A stretch of DNA of 64,000 nt from Alphaproteobacteria bacterium (GTDB lineage: Bacteria > Pseudomonadota > Alphaproteobacteria > UBA6615): contig CBDHEC010000056.1 in assembly GCA_965261975.1 (NCBI GenBank), forward strand, positions 105,572 to 169,571, in the 5' to 3' direction. The notes under the pieces were generated by a model that was given only the letters and a program-made list of their open reading frames with translations, ran no database searches and had not been told where the DNA came from. The translations under genes were made by a program, and so were the position numbers. Positions within the stretch are counted from its first letter, which is position 1, and each line of letters opens with the position of its first letter. Of this stretch, positions 60,861 through 64,000 are shown one piece after another.

Positions 60861-62650
60861 CGCGGGGCCGGTGACTGGTTGCCGGCTTCATAGCGGGCAA
60901 TTTCGTCTGCCAGTTCTTCGGCCAGCGGGACGAGTTGATCTGCGTATTTCAGGTGCCGCCCGAGGCCAGACTTGTTGATCGGCCGGCGCACCTGGGCGTA
61001 GCTCGCCGTCTTGATGAATCGCTTGTTCTTGTCGAATGCGAGGCAGGCGTCGTCCCATGGCAGGTCGCAGAACTCGAGCAATGCCGCGACAGTTTTCTGC
61101 GGATCCGCGATCAGGTCGTCGTAGCGCAGATCGAAACGCGGCAGGTCGAGTGTCCGGCCCCAGAACTCCATGAGACGGTCATAGTGCCGGAAATAGTGGG
61201 CGATGCTGTCGATGTCCCGGGCAAAACTGTTCTCGTTCTGAAAGTTCCGGAACAGGCAGGAAAGCGAAATGTCGAGGGGATGACGGCGGCAATGGATGAT
61301 CCGGGCATCGGGGAACATCTGCCAGATGAATCCCAGATGCTCGAAGTTGATTGGCATCTTGTCGGTGACGTAGCGCGTGTCGGCCGAGACGCCCTGCAGA
61401 GTTTCGAGAAAAGCTGCGGCGACGTCATCGAGTGAAGCTGCGGATATCTCTTGCAGCGCTGCGGGGTACCCGGTGATTTCGCGGGTTGCGAACTGGATGT
61501 CCGGTAACTCGCCGCCGCCGGCGACATCGGGGTGGCTGTCGAGGATCTGCTCGACCAATGTCGTGCCCGAACGGGGCATACCGAGAATGAACAACGGCCG
61601 TTCCGTGCGTGTGCCGGCCCGCGCGAGGTTCGGCAGATTTCCGGCGTCGAACGTTGTTTGATAGGCGTCGAACCGTGCGTCGACCTCGGCGGGGTCGTAG
61701 GTGGACGGCAGCGCGGCGTTCGCGGCCTGGCAGTATTCGAACGCACGGGCGAATTCCCCCAGCTTGTCCAGCAATCCGGAGAGGGTGAACAACAGGCCGT
61801 GCCGTTCGAAGCTGTTCGCCATGTCGTCGCCGACGCAGGCCTCGATCAGGCTCACCACGCGATCGAGCGGCAAGGTATCATCGCTCTGGTTCAGGGCTAC
61901 CTGGCCACACGCATGCGCGAACTGCGCGGATTTGTTGTGCGTATCAAGCTGTGGCAGCAGCAGTTCCCCCGCCGCACGGTTCTCTCCGGCGCGGTCGAGG
62001 ATCGTTGCCTTGCCGGCGATCGCACCGATGTCGTCGGGCGCCCTGGCGATGACCTTGTCGATGACCTCGAGGGCCTCCTCGGTAGCGCCATCGGCACTCA
62101 GGGTCTGAGCGAATATCTTCGCGATCCCGGGTTCTTCGCTGGCGGCGACATAGGCCGGGCGCATGAGTTCCACGGCCTCGGGGCGTTTTCCCGACCGGCT
62201 GAGGATCGTCGCGAAGTTCATGCGGGTCCGCACGTCGTCCGGCTTGAGCGCGATGGCCTCCCGATATATCTCGAAGGCGCGTTCAAGCTTGTCGGACAGG
62301 AAATACGCATCGCCGAGCGCCGACTTGATGTCGGTGCGTCCAGGGGCGATGGCGGTGGCCCTGGTCAGGGCTTCGATCGCATCGCCATGCCGCCCCTGTG
62401 CATGGCAGGCGCGCCCAAGGCTGAACAGGATATCGGCGTTGTCGGGTTGGGTCTTGAGGCACTCGCGCAGCAACTTTTCGCCATTGGCAAACCGCCCGAC
62501 CATCAGATTGACCACTGCGATCCGGTACTTCGCGCGAATGTCGGCGGGGTCCTTCTTGAGGATTTTCCGGTATGCCGAAATCGCCGCATCGTGACGGCCG
62601 GCGCGCACGAGATCTTCGGCTCGTTTGAATAGGTCCATCGTTGACGCCAT
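60857..62650 (-). CDS. TPR-repeat sulfotransferase
   Basis: N-terminal TPRs; FILGMPRSGTTLVEQIL..H (5'-PSB loop), DKMP.N, R.PLD...S, TAS..QVR.P. Confidence 0.9.
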   Translation of the reverse strand: MASTMDLFKRAEDLVRAGRHDAAISAYRKILKKDPADIRAKYRIAVVNLMVGRFANGEKLLRECLKTQPDNADILFSLGRACHAQGRHGDAIEALTRATAIAPGRTDIKSALGDAYFLSDKLERAFEIYREAIALKPDDVRTRMNFATILSRSGKRPEAVELMRPAYVAASEEPGIAKIFAQTLSADGATEEALEVIDKVIARAPDDIGAIAGKATILDRAGENRAAGELLLPQLDTHNKSAQFAHACGQVALNQSDDTLPLDRVVSLIEACVGDDMANSFERHGLLFTLSGLLDKLGEFARAFEYCQAANAALPSTYDPAEVDARFDAYQTTFDAGNLPNLARAGTRTERPLFILGMPRSGTTLVEQILDSHPDVAGGGELPDIQFATREITGYPAALQEISAASLDDVAAAFLETLQGVSADTRYVTDKMPINFEHLGFIWQMFPDARIIHCRRHPLDISLSCLFRNFQNENSFARDIDSIAHYFRHYDRLMEFWGRTLDLPRFDLRYDDLIADPQKTVAALLEFCDLPWDDACLAFDKNKRFIKTASYAQVRRPINKSGLGRHLKYADQLVPLAEELADEIARYEAGNQSPAPR

Positions 62651-62872
62651 GATGTGCGCAAGGCCTTGTTTAAGTGCCGGCGATGTGCGGCCTCGATTCC
62701 GGGATTATGACGAACGACGCGGCATCATGCCATGCGCACAAATCAGCTTGGACGGGTCTTTTAGTATAAATTGAAAATATGGATATCATTAGCTCACATA
62801 ATTTGTGATTGGACCAGTGAATCGCTAAAACCGAAGCAATTCACAAACATGACGACCGCCTGGGAGGCCCCG

Positions 62873-64000
62873 ATGGTTAAACCGATTCTGCAGACCTATC
62901 CGGTTATTCACGCCGAAAGCGAAGAAGAACGCGAGAAACTGCGCCCGATCGGTCGCAACAAGGAACGCTACCAGGAGACTGTCCAGGGTTGGCATGAAGT
63001 CATCATGGCAGCGGACAATCTCAACTTCTGGGGTGTGGCCACGATTGAGCATCACTTCTGGTCGGAAGGCTATGAGGTCGGCCCGGCCCCGGCGATCATG
63101 GACGCCTACTGGGCCGCGATCACGAAGAATGTCCGGGTTGGTCAGCTCGGCTATGTGATGAGCATCCAGAACCCGATCCGCGTGGCCGAGGAGACGGCGA
63201 TCATCGATCACCTGTCCCAGGGCCGCAGCTTTGTCGGTTTTGCGCGCGGGTATCAGAGCCGCTGGACCAACGTGTTCGGCCAGCACTACGGCACCACCTC
63301 GACCAAATCGCCGACGGCGGCCAAGAACAACCAGACGGCCGTCGGCGCCGGTTTCGCGCAGAGCGGGTTCACGATTTCCGACAAGGACGTCAAGAACGAC
63401 CAGCACAATCGCGACGTGTTCGAGGAGAACATCGATATCGTGCTCAAGGCCTGGACCCAGGATTCGATGAATCACAAGGGCAGCGCCTGGCAGATTCCCT
63501 ATCCGGGTGACACCGGTGTGGATGACTGGCAGCTGGCCCAGGTCGGTGTGACCCAGCGCCTGGGTGCGCTCGACGAGGTCGACGAGAACAACAATGTCGT
63601 CAATGTCAGCGTGTGCCCGTCGCTCTATCAGGACCCGCATCCGCCGGTCTTCGTATCGGGCAGCGGCAGCCCCGAGACAATCGACTACAACGCGCGGATG
63701 GGATTCATCCCGACCTACTTCACCGATATCAACACCGCAGCTCCGCTCGGCAAGCAGTATGCCGAAACGGCGGCCGCGAATGGCTTCAACTGGCTGCCGG
63801 GTCAGAACCAGAACATCGTGCGCTGGCTGCAGATCGCGGAAAGTTATGACGCCGCGGTCGACGCCGTGATGGCCCATGACTTCGACATCTGGAAGAACTT
63901 CTACGCCGCCATGGGCCGACGGAAGCTCGACGAGGCCGATGTGATCGGATCGATGCTGTCGTCCGGCCTGTACTGCATCGGCACCGCCGAATCCGTGCGC
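62873..64000 (+). CDS. LLM-class (luciferase-like) flavin-dependent oxidoreductase, partial at window end
   Basis: Manual translation from ATG after a GGAGG RBS: MVKPILQ...EHHFWSEG...T.NVRVG.LG...NPIRVAEE.A.IDHLSQGR..VG.ARGYQ...Q.PHPP; no stop before the window end. Confidence 0.87.
   Translation, partial: MVKPILQTYPVIHAESEEEREKLRPIGRNKERYQETVQGWHEVIMAADNLNFWGVATIEHHFWSEGYEVGPAPAIMDAYWAAITKNVRVGQLGYVMSIQNPIRVAEETAIIDHLSQGRSFVGFARGYQSRWTNVFGQHYGTTSTKSPTAAKNNQTAVGAGFAQSGFTISDKDVKNDQHNRDVFEENIDIVLKAWTQDSMNHKGSAWQIPYPGDTGVDDWQLAQVGVTQRLGALDEVDENNNVVNVSVCPSLYQDPHPPVFVSGSGSPETIDYNARMGFIPTYFTDINTAAPLGKQYAETAAANGFNWLPGQNQNIVRWLQIAESYDAAVDAVMAHDFDIWKNFYAAMGRRKLDEADVIGSMLSSGLYCIGTAESVR

Overview
High-GC alphaproteobacterial chromosomal window, Rhodospirillales-like by gene order. 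Conserved blocks are rnd-kdsD-lptC-lptA-lptB-rpoN-hpf-ptsN, thrS-infC...rpmI-rplT-pheS-pheT...lepA and cysG-DUF2849-cysI-DUF934-cysH, interleaved with accessory metabolic genes. Main points of interest: (1) a same-strand cluster at 1.7-9.3 kb with an MFS transporter, the TIGR04283/TIGR04282 glycosyltransferase-like pair, a SPASM-type radical SAM enzyme that is not ArsS, an APH-like kinase and a YnjB/YnjC ABC importer. It looks like an uncharacterised small-molecule or glycoconjugate pathway. (2) A DsbA/FrnE-like selenoprotein (in-frame UGA in a UPWC motif plus a SECIS-like hairpin) that the ORF track truncates. (3) An alternative oxidase and three catabolic genes between infC and rpmI. (4) An inverted pair of DnaA boxes upstream of lepA. 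(5) A sigma32 promoter and ROSE-like thermometer on an Hsp20 gene. (6) A tRNA-Ser-anchored island remnant cut by an IS3-family element. Four genes carry frameshifts, which may be sequencing or assembly errors. All family calls come from recognising motifs by eye; no database searches were run.
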